Shown one piece after another: positions 1 through 11,339 of a stretch of 34,364 bases of DNA. The stretch comes from Octopus bimaculoides. Its lineage: Eukaryota. Each line of letters opens with the position of its first letter. The stretch's first letter is position 1. The stretch lies in contig NC_068997.1 of the NCBI RefSeq assembly GCF_001194135.2, forward strand, positions 35,625,008-35,659,371. The letters run 5' to 3'. Under the pieces are notes generated by a model that saw only the letters and a program-made list of their open reading frames with translations, had not been told where the DNA came from and made no database searches. The position numbers and the translations under genes are program-made.

Positions 1-318
1 AGGTCCCTGTCACTCGTCGACGAGGTAGTTTGCAAGAGGGTATCATAGAATTGGTCTTTCAGACCATCTGGTAGCCCCGGTTGAGGTGCATAGGCTGAGA
101 TGACAGTAGCTAATCTATGATGAAGCACTAGTCTGATCTTAAGTACTCTGTCACTTACTCTAACGACCTCGATTACCTTATCCACCCATTTCTCCGCTAG
201 AAGTATTCCTACGCCCCCGACCCCGTCAGTGTTCCCTGCCCAGAAAATCTTGTACCTGTGTTCTTTGCCTGTGAGGAACCTCGCAGAACCTCCTCTCCAT
301 TTTACTTCCTGGAATGAA
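1..318 (-). mobile_element. RTE-clade LINE fragment, AP endonuclease N-terminal part (runs off the window edge)
   Basis: Manual translation of the minus strand (not in the ORF track) is open: FQEVKWRGGSARFLTGKEHRYKIFWAGNTDGVGGVGILLAEKWVDKVIEVVRVSDRVLKIRLVLHHRLATVISAYAPQPG. It carries the typical non-LTR APE motifs QE.KW, GVG and SAYAPQ. Confidence 0.88.
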
Positions 319-1001
319 GACAAATTTTAAAAAATTATCAAAATGTATCTGATGCAATCTGTCAGCTCTGAAAATTTTAATGTATATATTATATATTAAA
401 AACACTAAAGGGCAAGACAAAAAGGATATTACGAAAATAGTCTTTTAACTATTTAGAATTTTTATGAGTAACTTTTGGTTACTCATAACAATTAAGCATG
501 CAAATTTATTATAAATTTTATCAATTTAATTCACAACATGGAGAGCTATTCTTGCTTATGGAATTCTTCTCAAAGCAATACATATGCTATTACTGAGGAG
601 AGAGAAGCGCAAATGAGTCAGTTTCCCCACCTTAGAACAGACCTTCTAATGGAGGTTGAGGAGGAGACCTAAAGGGTGTAATGAATTTCAGTTCTCTCTC
701 TCTCTCTCTGATTCAATAGTAGGGTAAATTACTTGATATAAACTAATGTTTCATTGGTTTAAGAGAGTTAGTATGATCAGTGACAGATTAGGGTAAGTCA
801 CAGTACATGAACTGATATCACCTGACTCTTTTAAGTTGTATAATTTCATTTACAGTTACCTAAGCAATTCACTTTAATGCTATAGAGGACTCTAACTGTG
901 ACAAGAGACCAAGCTTGCTGATTAGGATTTATTTTATTATCTTGTTGGAAGACAAGATAGAAGCAAATAAATTTTAATGTAATAATTAAAAAATATTGAT
1001 G

Positions 1002-1325
1002 TCATCATCATCATTCAACATCATTTGTCCATGCTGGCATGGGTTGGATAGGTTGACCAGGGGTGGTAAGGTGAAGGGCTGTACCAGACTCCAGTCTGAT
1101 TTGGCATGGTTTTTACGGTTGAATACCCTTCCTAATGCCAACCACTCTGAGAGTGTAATGGGTGCTTTTATGTCACTGGCATGGATGCCAGTCGTGCGAC
1201 ACCAGTATCTGCCACAACTATGATTTCACTTGGCTTGATGGGTCTTCTATTCAAGCACAGCAGATTGCCAAAGGTCTTGGTTATTTATCATTGTCTCTGT
1301 GAGGCCCAATGCTCAAAAAGTGCTT
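1002..1325 (-). mobile_element. 5'-truncated RTE 3' end with (GAT)n tail
   Basis: The plus strand begins with (TCA)n, then ccatgctggcatgggttgga...cccttcctaatgccaaccactc. This is the reverse complement of the terminal module of the RTEs at 15700-15866 and 21700-21986. Confidence 0.8.
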
Positions 1326-1559
1326 TTTACATGTTATTTGATTTTAAGCTTTGCACTGAGGTTTGGTTTTAAAATTTTGTTTTACAGTGTTGCGGTTTTA
1401 TAAGATATTATCATCACTGTAGTGGGAGTTTGTGATTTTAGATAAAGTTGTTATTTTATATGGCACTGTATTACACTAATAGTAGTTTTATGGTACTGTG
1501 AGTTTAGACAAAGTTATTTTTACATTTTTGTGATCATACTTTAGAGGTGGTGACCTTAC

Positions 1560-1587
1560 AATTTTCTGAAGGACCAAGTGCAGATGT
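1560..1587 (-). CDS. Candidate 28-nt microexon of the METTL25B-like gene
   Basis: Minus strand reads ttttctttcaaaggtttttctcttag|ACATCTGCACTTGGTCCTTCAGAAAATT|gtaagg. It is phase-compatible with the phase-2 end of exon 7352-7512 and gives ...KFDLHLHLVLQKI. No transcript evidence. Confidence 0.35.
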
Positions 1588-1635
1588 CTAAGAGAAAAAC
1601 CTTTGAAAGAAAATCCTTATACTTGAATATATGAG

Positions 1636-2105
1636 TCATCATCATCATCATTTAATGTCTGTCTTCCGTGCATGCATGGGTAGGACGGTTGAAAGGAGCC
1701 TGTCAGGTAGAAGACTACATGCCCTTCCAAAAGCTAACCACTTTACAGTGTGGACTGGATGCTTTTTACATGGCACCAGCACTGGTAGGGTCACCAAGTA
1801 ACTCGCAAGACAAGGAATGTTGAGAGAGGAACTTGTGTCAGAGGATGAAAGGTTACAGTGTAACAGAGAGACAGAAGCAGAAACAGGAATTTTGCTACAA
1901 CGGAGGGGGCATTGGAGGAGATGATCCAGTATCAAATGATGAAAGGTTAGAGTGTGACTGAGAAACAGAGAGGCAGAAATAGGAGTCTTGCTACAGAGGA
2001 AGTACATGGTTACCCAGTGAGAGAGAGAGAGGTACAAAAAATAGAACTGAAACGGGTGTGCTGATGTAAAGGAGATACTTGGTTACCTAATCAGAGGAAA
2101 AACAA
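1636..2105 (-). mobile_element. RTE-family 3' UTR/terminal module (long-UTR subtype), ends at a gap
   Basis: (TCA)n tail, then sequence that is the reverse complement of the 3' UTR at 21400-21986 (gggtaaccatg/cacacctgtttc repeats). Confidence 0.75.
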
Positions 2106-2205
2106 NNNNNNNNNNNNNNNNNNNNNNNNNNNNNNNNNNNNNNNNNNNNNNNNNNNNNNNNNNNNNNNNNNNNNNNNNNNNNNNNNNNNNNNNNNNNNNN
2201 NNNNN

Positions 2206-2420
2206 GTATACATGTATACATATAGATGTATATGTACACGTATATGTATAGATATGTATATAGATATAGATCTATATGCATATATGTATATGTATACATA
2301 TGTTTAAATGTATATACATAGATGTACACGTAATATGTACACATATATACATGCACACAGATATCTAAACATATATACACCCATACAGACACACATACAC
2401 ATGCACACAAACACACACAT
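2206..2420. repeat. Compound (AT)/(AC)/(ATGT) microsatellite next to a 100-N gap
   Basis: Seen directly in the sequence. Confidence 0.9.
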
Positions 2421-3394
2421 TAGTCATTTCTTTTTTTATCCAAAACTACGTCAAAAGTACTGAATGGATCTTTATGAAATTTGGAAATTATATTCTATGC
2501 ATAACAGCCATAACCCCCCATGAAAATTCATATATTTTTGGTGTTGATGCAATTTTAACTATACATATTACACACAAATAAAGTAATATTTCTAAAATTT
2601 CTTCTTCTTAGAAGTTACAAACATCCCTTCATGGGCACTTCACACCCACAATTTAGTCATTTTTCCTAAGCAAAGATGAATACAGTTGTACTATTGGAAG
2701 CTATAGGGTCACCCAAACATAACAGATGAGCATTATTTGTAATTCAATGGTACAACAGTGTAAGACTATCCTTTCAGATATACTTACATTGTGATTTCTG
2801 CAATGTGGTGCATAAATTGTCAAGTAAATGTGACTCATCTTTGTCTCCACTGATTCACTTGCAAAGTGTTGAGTAAAATTATTTCGTTGCAGACCTCCTT
2901 TCAGTCTTTTTATTACCACTGGGTCACACATAGTCCCCAGTTGGTAACATTGGTTTCAAGGCCTTCCCAGATGAGTGACTGGTTGTTCTAAGACATTTAT
3001 TGATTGTAAATTTTTTCTGCCCAGTTACCTNNNNNNNNNNTTCTAAGACATTTATTGATTGTAAATTTTTTCTGCCCAGTTACCTATCAGTATAGTGGTC
3101 ATTTGCAAACTCCAGAAGCGACACTTTCATTTCCCTTTACTCCAAATGTCACATATTGTTATTTCAATTGGGTCATGCCCTTCCAATTGCTATAGATCCG
3201 TAATGCATCTTACGGCTGTGCCTGTCACCTGTATGGTGAGGAATCCTACATTGGCGAGTAGTAACGACTAGGCTAGGGTAGCTGACTGATTATCATGATC
3301 ATTCGTCTTTTAGTTTCTTGTAGCTTTGCTCTCTTTTGCAAACCCAGTCAACATACATATATTTCCTATTTCAAAGACATTCAAACTACATATT

Positions 3395-4081
3395 AGACCC
3401 AAGTTAAAAAGATTCCCAACAATTCAATTTCTCTGGTTGACATTAACACACCCACTTAACTCCCACATTTTTCAGCTCCATGAGCTCCATTTCTCAGGAG
3501 CAAAATCCTTTTTACAGGGTCCATAATATTGGAATTTTGGAATGTGCGCATAAATATCAGATATATAAAGATGAGAATGTATGTCTGTGTGAATCCCTAA
3601 AACTCGAGAACTCCACAACCAATTTCATTCCAAATTAACACATGCCTTACTTAGGGTCCATGTACTGTCTTAGGTCAAAAACATTTTTAACTTCTTGCAT
3701 AGTTCAAGCCCACAGCAATATCATATCTCCTCCACTATTTCAGTATTATGTGTCAAAAGTGAAATAATAACATCACTCTACTGTAATGTCACATACTTTC
3801 ACTTTAACACTGAAACTATTCTACTATTTCAGTATTACGTGTCAAAAATGAAACAATAACATGTCACTACTGTAATTTCAAATACTTTCAATTTCATACT
3901 GAAATTATTAAAGTGAAACTATACTCTCACATATATACAGGCATACTATAAGACCCAAATTAAACATTCCCAACAATTCAACTTCTCTGGTTGACATTAA
4001 CACACCCACCCCCAATACGGGTCTTCATTCTCACATTTTAGAGCTCCATAAGCTCCATTTTTCAGGAGCAAAATCCTTTTT
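3395..4081 (+). repeat. Imperfect direct repeat pair (3395-3513 and 3951-4081)
   Basis: agacccaa..ttcccaacaattcaa.ttctctggttgacattaacacacccac...agctccattt.tcaggagcaaaatcctttt occurs twice. Confidence 0.85.
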
Positions 4082-4265
4082 NNNNNNNNNNTGTGGGCTC
4101 GAACTATGCAAGAAGTAAAAAAATTTTTTTGACTAAAACAACCAGGACCGTAAGTAAGGCATGTGTAAAATTTGAATGATATTGGTTGTGTAGTTCTCGA
4201 GTTTTAGGAAATCACACAGACACACACACACACACACACATTCTCATTTATATATATATATAGAT
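3556..4265. mobile_element. Two inverted copies (3556-3714 plus, 4092-4265 minus) of a non-autonomous Helitron/HINE-like element; two ~89-bp tandem units at 3734-3910
   Basis: Both copies start ATC(T/A)..ATATATAAA..TGAGAATG, then a (GT)-type tract and cctaaaactcgagaact. About 85% identity by eye. The Helitron-like call rests only on the 5' terminus and architecture. Confidence 0.55.
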
Positions 4266-4300
4266 TTTTATATATATATAGATTTTTATATATATATAGG

Positions 4301-4639
4301 TGGCATTTTCCATGCTGCCTTCCAACATATAGGTTTTCTATCTATTTTAGATAGATAGAACTACTCCGAAATGTTAACATCTCACAGTCTAGGTAGGTGG
4401 CACTGCAAGTTGATTTAGGTGTATATACACCATTTGTCAACAAGCGAGATATATTCTCCTTGACAAAATGCAGTGAGTAGCTCATTCCCCAGTTTGAACT
4501 TGCATCAAGCATATTTGCACTGATAATAACGTTGCAATTTCACTTATCACTGCTTAGTGTTCCCCCTCTGTAACTAGTATTATTATCATCTAAAATAGAT
4601 AGAAAACCTATATGTTGGAAGGCAGCATGGAAAATGCCA
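4301..4639. mobile_element. MITE-like element with perfect 52-bp terminal inverted repeats
   Basis: 4301-4352 tggcattttccatgctgccttccaacatataggttttctatctattttagat is the exact reverse complement of 4588-4639. The spacer is 235 bp and non-coding. No clear TSD. Confidence 0.75.
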
Positions 4640-4849
4640 TCGAACAATGCCTCATGAAAAAATATTTTATATTGCTAAATCTTGGTTATTTTATAAAATA
4701 TTATTATTCATCAAAACTCTAAGAAGATGTGAACCTATGCCAACATAATGATAAGGACAATGGTGTAGGTGACAGCAGCAACAGCAGAAGTGGTGGCAAA
4801 AAACAGTTGTAAAAGTAAGCATTAAATAAAATTAAATCAACACTAGTCC

Positions 4850-5335
4850 TCTTTCATGCCCTCACTGCCATGCTGACTATCACTGCTTCCCCCTTTCCCC
4901 ATGTTTTATTCTCAGGTTTTTCACCAGTCACTGCAATCCCCACTCCTTACTTTTGCTTTCTTGGTAATACCTGACCACGTATATTACAACCTTCATACCT
5001 CTCTCTTCTTTACTCTACCATCACATCTATACTCTGATACTTGTTACTTGTGAGTACACCCTCACACTTCACCATTTCTCTCCTGCTCTCTCTTACACTT
5101 TTGCTGTTTCATACTCTCTCTTTCTCTCTCTCTCTTTTTCCCTTTCTCTTCCTTCTGGCTGGGTAGCCATGTATCTCCTCTACAGCAGCACGCCTGTTTC
5201 TGTCCTCATTCTTGATCACTCTCTCTCTCCTTCTCTTGCTCTTCCCTCTGGCTGGATAACCAAGTATCTCCTTTACATCAGCACACCTGTTTCAGTTCTA
5301 TTTTTTGTACCTCTCCCCGCTCTCTCTCTCTCCCA
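4850..5335 (+). mobile_element. Internal piece of the long RTE 3' UTR (no tail)
   Basis: Collinear with about 21060-21560 (taccatcacatctatactctgat; ctggctgggtagccatgta; cagcacacctgtttc). Confidence 0.75.
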
Positions 5336-5468
5336 TGCATATTATGGAATTCCTGATGTATATCCAGTAGCAGGAGCATTTCTACTGTATGATGATATTT
5401 GGTAGCCAATAACTATGGACAAGCTTTGCATCGTATACTACAAAGTTTTTAACTAAATCTTTTTTCAT

Positions 5469-5509
<41 letters not shown>

Positions 5510-5799
5510 TTAATGGATAATAATAGGACAGATTTTAAGCTAGCTCCTGTGAAGGGCACTTCATTGGGCCTTGAGACCAATAATGACACTTCATGCATTG
5601 AGTACATACTAAATTTTATTAAACTTGACCAATATTTTTCAAGTAATGAACTATTTTCATCAAAACAGTGATATAATATGTCAACTTGGAACTTATTGCA
5701 AAGCTTCATTATAAACAACATTTTTTGCCTTCACATTCGGTGGGTCAGTACAATTTTTTTCTGTCTAACCTCTTTCCTTCTCTCTCTCTCTTTCTGTTG

Positions 5800-6206
5800 A
5801 TTGTTTTCACCATCACCAGTACCACCACAACTACTTTACACACACACTATTCAGACATCTAATGACACCACCATCAACATCTTTGACTTTGCTTCCTTCC
5901 CCTCCATTACTATCACCACTGTCTTTCACATCGCCTACTATCACTGTTACGCTTGATGATGGCAACGGCGGTGACGACGACAACCACCACCGCCTTAGTC
6001 TCTATCACAACTACAGCTCATACTATTACTATCACCCCATTACCATCTCAACTGTGAATCTACTACTGCCCTCACCATCTCTATGCCTACTATTACTCTC
6101 ACTCCAGCAAGAGCAGTAGAAGAAGTGTCCTTAAATAGTGAGCGAGGGGGTCAAAGTGTGACACACTGACACACAGAAAATCGTTTTGGCATTTATTATT
6201 ATAGAT
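5800..6206 (-). mobile_element. Possible non-autonomous Helitron-like element
   Basis: The minus strand starts atctataataataaatgccaaaacgattttctgtgtgtcag (ATC-TATAATAATAAA-type 5' end), followed by low-complexity (GTG/GTA)-rich sequence. The 3' boundary is not defined. Confidence 0.4.
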
Positions 6207-6506
6207 ATAATCCAAATAAGAAGACAAAAAAATCTTTTAACACATCATTACAATTGTTTCTGTCCCAACTCTGCTTGCAATCCCAGTTTATATAAAAATT
6301 TGAAGCGAAAATTTACATAATGTTTGCAGTTTTATGCCCATACATTGTATCTTCAGATATTGTTTTTTGCTTATAACAAAAAGTTAATAGAAGCATGGTT
6401 AGGTGGTTAGGGGATGAATAATTAGTATATAGATCAAAGAAGAAGAAGAAACATATATATATGTTTCACAATTTTTGATTCTATAAATTTTCCTCTGATT
6501 TTGATT

Positions 6507-7100
6507 TCATCATCATCATCGTTTAATGACTGTTTTCCATGCTGGCATGGGTTGGACAGTTTGACTGGAGCAGGCCAGCTGGGGAGCTGTCCAGACTCCA
6601 ATTGTCTGTTGTGGCATGTTTTCTATGGCTGAATACCCTTTCTAATGCCACCTACTTTACAGAGTGTGCTGGGTGCTTTTTACATGCCACCAGCACTGGT
6701 GTGTTTATGCAGCACCAGCATGGGTGCATTTCATGTGGAACCAGCACCTGTAAAGGACAAGCTTGTATATATGGATGACAGCGATTTTACTTAGCTTGAT
6801 GCATCTTCTCAAGTACAGCAAATCGCTATGACACTCAGTCCCTTGTCATTTCCTCATTGAAGCTCAGCGTTTGAAGATCCTTTCTTACCACTTCATTCCA
6901 TGTCTTCTTGGGTCTACTACTTCCACAAGTTTCCTCCACAATTAGAGCTCAGCACTTCCTTATGCAGTTGTCCTCCATACACATCACATAGCAAACCAGC
7001 AGTCTTTCTTTTGTACACAACATCTGATACTTCTTATATCTAGTTTTCCTCTTAAATCATTTACACACTGTTATGTGTGCACACTGATATTACATTTTGT
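6507..7100 (-). mobile_element. 5'-truncated RTE: last part of the ORF, 3' UTR and (GAT)n tail
   Basis: The minus strand encodes a decayed ...RKTWNEVVRKDLQTL... C-terminus, matching the ends of the other RTE copies, then the terminal module and tail. Confidence 0.8.
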
Positions 7101-7351
7101 TTTTATATTTCTTACATACAAGTTTCTTTTTCTTTCTCCTTACTTCTACCTGCCAAGTTCAAAATATGGTCACCCTCGCGTAGCAACTGTATTACAATGT
7201 ATTAAACATACTTGCTACAGTAATTCATCAACATATTGAATGGTGGGGAACTATTAAAATAATACCAGTAATGAAAAGTACTTAAATAACAGTTAAAAAA
7301 ATAGGTATTAAAAATTAATACTGTTAAGTAGCAAGAGAAGAAATTACTCAC

Positions 7352-7512
7352 AAATCAAATTTATGTGCTTTGGCAGCATGCCCACCAGTAGCTTCCACAG
7401 TTGTGACAGTTAGATTATACTTGAAGTTTAATAGCCTTGACAAGTGACCAAGACCAGCACCAACATCCACTACTTTGTCACATTTAATGATGTGGCACAA
7501 GTCACCTATGAC
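7352..7512 (-). CDS. METTL25B: Internal coding exon (161 nt, phase 0 to phase 2) of a class I SAM-dependent methyltransferase, METTL25B/RRNAD1-like
   Basis: Splice context is ttttcatgtttcag|GTCATA...GATTT|gtgagt. The open frame VIGDLCHIIKCDKVVDVGAGLGHLSRLLNFKYNLTVTTVEATGGHAAKAHKFD contains motif I DxGxGxG. It aligns by recall to human RRNAD1 [34 protein letters not shown]. Missed by the ORF track. Confidence 0.85.
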
Positions 7513-8384
7513 CTGAAACATGAAAATAAATTCAGTGTTATTAAAATCAAAACATAAAAATGGTTCAATTTTCAGATATATGATATTTTTGTGAAAAGCT
7601 CTATGGAATTCAGTTACGTTTGTTATATAAAGTAACTAGCATGGTCTTCAACTGACAACATGTCTCATAAGTAATTTATAAAAAAAAGCCATTGTTTGTT
7701 CATAAAGCCAAAGGAGTGTTTCTTGCAGAAAGAATACTTGGCTTCAACTGAATTAATGATTTTTGATTGAAGAGCATTGTTACAAAATTAACAGAATAGT
7801 TTTTACAAGATAAATATATAACTCAGAAATTTTCTGAGATCTTTTCTGTTGCTGTCACAGTTTTCAATTCTTTTAATTTTGTTCCAAGTGTTTTCTAATT
7901 TGGTGTACTAATGTAGTTTTGCATGCTAATTATGAAAATGAAATTCATTTTTGCATTAAGTTAATAAATAAAAAGTAAATAGCTTTTAAAGTTTGCAAAT
8001 TTTGGATAATTTTATCCAACTGAAAGCCACAAATATATTAGTGTCTGTCTCCATAGTAACAAGCCAAAGTATAGTTTGCTTAAAACTCCAACCACATGTA
8101 TTGTCTTTACCTACACATTTTCTTTAGCAAGTGTCTATTTTCTAAATGTTTGTATACCTCATTTTTGATATTTTCACTCGTGATTTTTTCAGAAATGAAT
8201 GGATGTTTTCCCAAACCATGTCAACCTTAATAGAAATGATTACAGCCAACTTGTTTAACTTTTTGAATATGATGGAGAAGCTGAAAATTAAGGAGGATGC
8301 AGTTTCTTATTTACCCCTAAAAGAAAATTATGTACACAAAGACATCATATGAAGAACATGATGCTTCACAGGAAAATTTACTAG

Positions 8385-8950
8385 CAGTACTCCTGAAAAG
8401 GATGCAACAAGTGTATGCCTGTCAGAAAAGATACATGGTTGGAAGGTGGCACCATCCTCTTGGGACTGAACTGCTTTTTTAACTTTACTCATGGGTCAAG
8501 TTATTGACTTCAGTCTGATACTGTGTTGAAAAACTGGGGATGAGCCAATGCACAGCTGTTGATTACAACAGCTATGTTTATGAAATATGTGTGGAGAACC
8601 TGTTCTGCAACCCAGTTCAGACAGGCAGTCCTGGGAAGATTGTTGAGATAGATACAAAGTCTTCTCAAGATGTAAATACAATCAAGGAAGAGTGCTTGCT
8701 ACTTGAGCAGTTAGTCTTCAGAGGAGTGTGCCATGAGCCCAAATATGTTTTTCTTTATGTGGTACCATATTGGAATCATGACACATTAGAGGAATCCATA
8801 CATCAGTCAGTTCTTTCAAGAATCACAATTTTCAGTGACTTGTGGAAGGTCTGTATAAAGTGAGGGAATATATGATGCTATGCTGTGGAACCCACAGTTC
8901 TATGGTTGACTCATATCTCTGCAAGTTTATGGGGTGCAGGAGATACAAAA
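8385..8950 (+). mobile_element. Merlin (IS1016/IS1595-related, ISXO2-type) transposase fossil
   Basis: Across frameshifts it reads KGCNKCMPVRKDTWLEG...TAVDYNSYVYEIC...GSPGKIVEID..SRCKYNQGR..QLVFRGVCHEPKYVFLYVVP...IFSDLWK and then DSYLCKFM. The HxTVNHS-to-catalytic-Glu block is missing. Confidence 0.8.
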
Positions 8951-9173
8951 AATTGTAATATGTTCAAGAAGAAACTCTTAGAGTGTATCTCAAACTTTCA
9001 TTCTTGAATTTTCACAAGAAAAAATATATTGTTTACATGAATTGAACTACAGTTTGGTTTGTTTGTAATCTACCATACAGTTTGTATTCTTGTAATTTTC
9101 TGCAAAAAGAAAAAAAAAATTCATTGAGGATTTTTCTTTATATATCGTTTACATGACTGTTTTAACATTTCAC

Positions 9174-9961
9174 ATGAATTTTCCGTAGTCTCTGTATAAG
9201 TTCTATAATCGTGCGAGCCTTCTATCTGGACTTTAGCTCTATACACGATACCCTTTTCTAGACATCTCCCTTCCAACGGACAGGAGGTTCGATCTTTGCA
9301 ATTGCAGCTTTTTGTAAACGAGTCGGCATTATGTTTTTTGGCAATTATCTTATTGTTGTGCTGGTTGATCAAAGAGGCGAAGTTTTTGCAGCAAGAATAG
9401 CTGATCTTAAGTGTTCTTCTATTGAATATTCTGTAAAACTTATGATCAGGTTGAAAGTGCCTAGAGACTAATTTTTAAAATTCCTTACCTATATTAGTTT
9501 TTACGACCATATTGAAAGCTGGGTTGAACCACAAAACTTTCCTAGTCTTAGTTCTACGTGCTGCTAGCATTAGACTGGGTGTACTGGATGTAGAACTAGG
9601 ACTAGTTCGCACGATTATAGAACTTATACAGGGGCTACGGAAAATTCATTTAAAACCAGGCTTTATTCGCACAAAAATTCTTTTAGATACTCCGAAAATA
9701 GGACAAAGACTAGCCTGGCAAAATATGTCTGGCAATTAAAAGAATACGAAGCCCGACCTTTCAACGTGACATGGAGGATTTTAGGCAGAGCATCACCTTA
9801 CAGATACGGTGCCCATAAAAAACCATTTAAATGTGAGTTGTTTGTTGGAAAAGTGGCATATCTTATTCCAGGATAAGAATGCTCTGAACCAAAGATGTGA
9901 ACTTTTAAATTCATGTAGGCATGCGTCTAAATTTAAAATGTCGGCAAGTAACATACCATAA
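9174..9961. mobile_element. Penelope-like element fragment 1 (linker plus GIY-YIG endonuclease) with 5' inversion: 9174-9606 minus, 9607-9961 plus; 3' UTR probably continues past 10000
   Basis: Minus part: RKVLWFNPAFNMVVKTNIGKEF*KLVSRHF...TLKISYSCCKNFASLINQHNNK...CNCKDRTSCPLEGRCLEKGIVYRAKV. Plus part: YTGATENSFKTRLYSHKNSFR...LAKYVWQLK...WRILGRA...LNQRCELLNSCRHASKF. Confidence 0.88.
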
Positions 9962-10409
9962 GGGTAGTATATATATTTTTTTAATAATGTTTGACACCTT
10001 GTAACCATTGTGCAATCTTACTATTGGATTGGTACCACATTATAAATGATTTATTTAGCATTGCAAGAATATTGTATAGATCCCTATGCCATTTTAAGAA
10101 AACCTTCGACTGTTATATGCATAGTTTTTCTTTTTTCTTGTTTTACTTTATTCTATTCTATTTGTATTTATTTTAAAACACTTTGTAAACAGATTTAACC
10201 ATTTTTATGGACGGTTCGATATATGGAATTCTATTATGCATGTATTTTTGCCCAATTTTAACTGTTATACACCCAGCAATTTCTTAAAAAGTTGTCTACA
10301 TATATATGCTGAGACCTAAAAGTTTTTTTTTTATGTGGATGTCTGTATTGTAACAATGCTTACGTATTCGTATGTGTGTGTCTATGCTTTCGTATAGAGC
10401 CTAGGTTTA

Positions 10410-11040
10410 CACTTGTGCACATACAATTATGATTTTGTGTGTGTGTGTTTTTGTGTATGCATAGGTAAGAGTGTATGCTTATATTTATTTACACATACAT
10501 GCTTTTATTCGCGTGTGTGCATCTATGTTATATATGGGATTGTGTGCTCAGGTTTACGCTCACACATACTTGAATGTGTGCATATGCATGTATACAGTTA
10601 TGTTTGTGAGTATTTGCGCACATATCCCCATGTATATCTGTATACGTGATGCTAATGTACATTTTTGTATACACATATATACGCAATCCAATCTTGTGTA
10701 CGTTCGTTATATATGCTACACTCACTTCTTGCTTGCTTTCCTCCTTTCTCTCTTTCTTTGTCTATTTCTTTCTTCCTTTCCTTCCTCACGATAACTACAC
10801 TTTTTCTCTTTCTATATTAGTAACATTATTATCGATATGTTACCCTTCCCCCTCTACTTCATAGATTAAGATACAATTTTTGTTACCAACGCGTAATTTT
10901 CGTGCGCGAGCTTCACTACGTGTATATGTGTATGTGTATACATGTATATTCGTGCATGTATTTGTATCTTGCAAATATATACCTATATATGTAGATTGTC
11001 TGTACGTATGCATCTGTGTATTTTGATGTATATATATATG
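10410..11040. repeat. Compound GT/AT microsatellite and pyrimidine-rich low-complexity tract
   Basis: Seen directly. It explains the spurious ORFs at 10413-10864. Confidence 0.8.
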
Positions 11041-11339
11041 TTGTAGATAGTCTAGTATGCGTTTATACTGTCATAATTTTATCTTTAATGCAGCGTATAT
11101 TTTATTTTATTTGATTTTAATGTTAATTCAAATATAATTAATTATTTACAATATGTATTTTGAGCCCATTTTTCTATTTATGGTTTACTTCAATTTTTTA
11201 AAAAATAGGATGAATCTATATTAAATTCATTTGTTTTGTTCATTGCACACCCATGACCGTTATTTGAAATGACCAATGTGTTTCAAATTTTATATTAATT
11301 TTGATTGCATTGTCATTCCTTTCCCATTTCTAACAAAAC

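Noticed and set aside
538-672. 44-codon plus-strand ORF MESYSCLWNSSQ...EVEEET
   Set aside because: Short, no recognisable motif, no splice support, and opposite to the host gene strand.
2701-2990. Minus-strand segment ending in a good donor-like CAAT|gtaagt near 2787
   Set aside because: All three frames from the nearest plausible acceptor contain stops, and there is no similarity to the methyltransferase.
2986-3085. Exact 45-bp direct repeat across a 10-N gap
   Set aside because: The same 45-bp length recurs across the gap at 23204-23213, which indicates a contig-overlap scaffolding artefact rather than biology.
10870-11290. Partial hammerhead-like words downstream of PLE 1 (gaaaattacgcgt; catgaccg...aatgtgt)
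   Set aside because: Core spacing and stems could not be completed on either strand.
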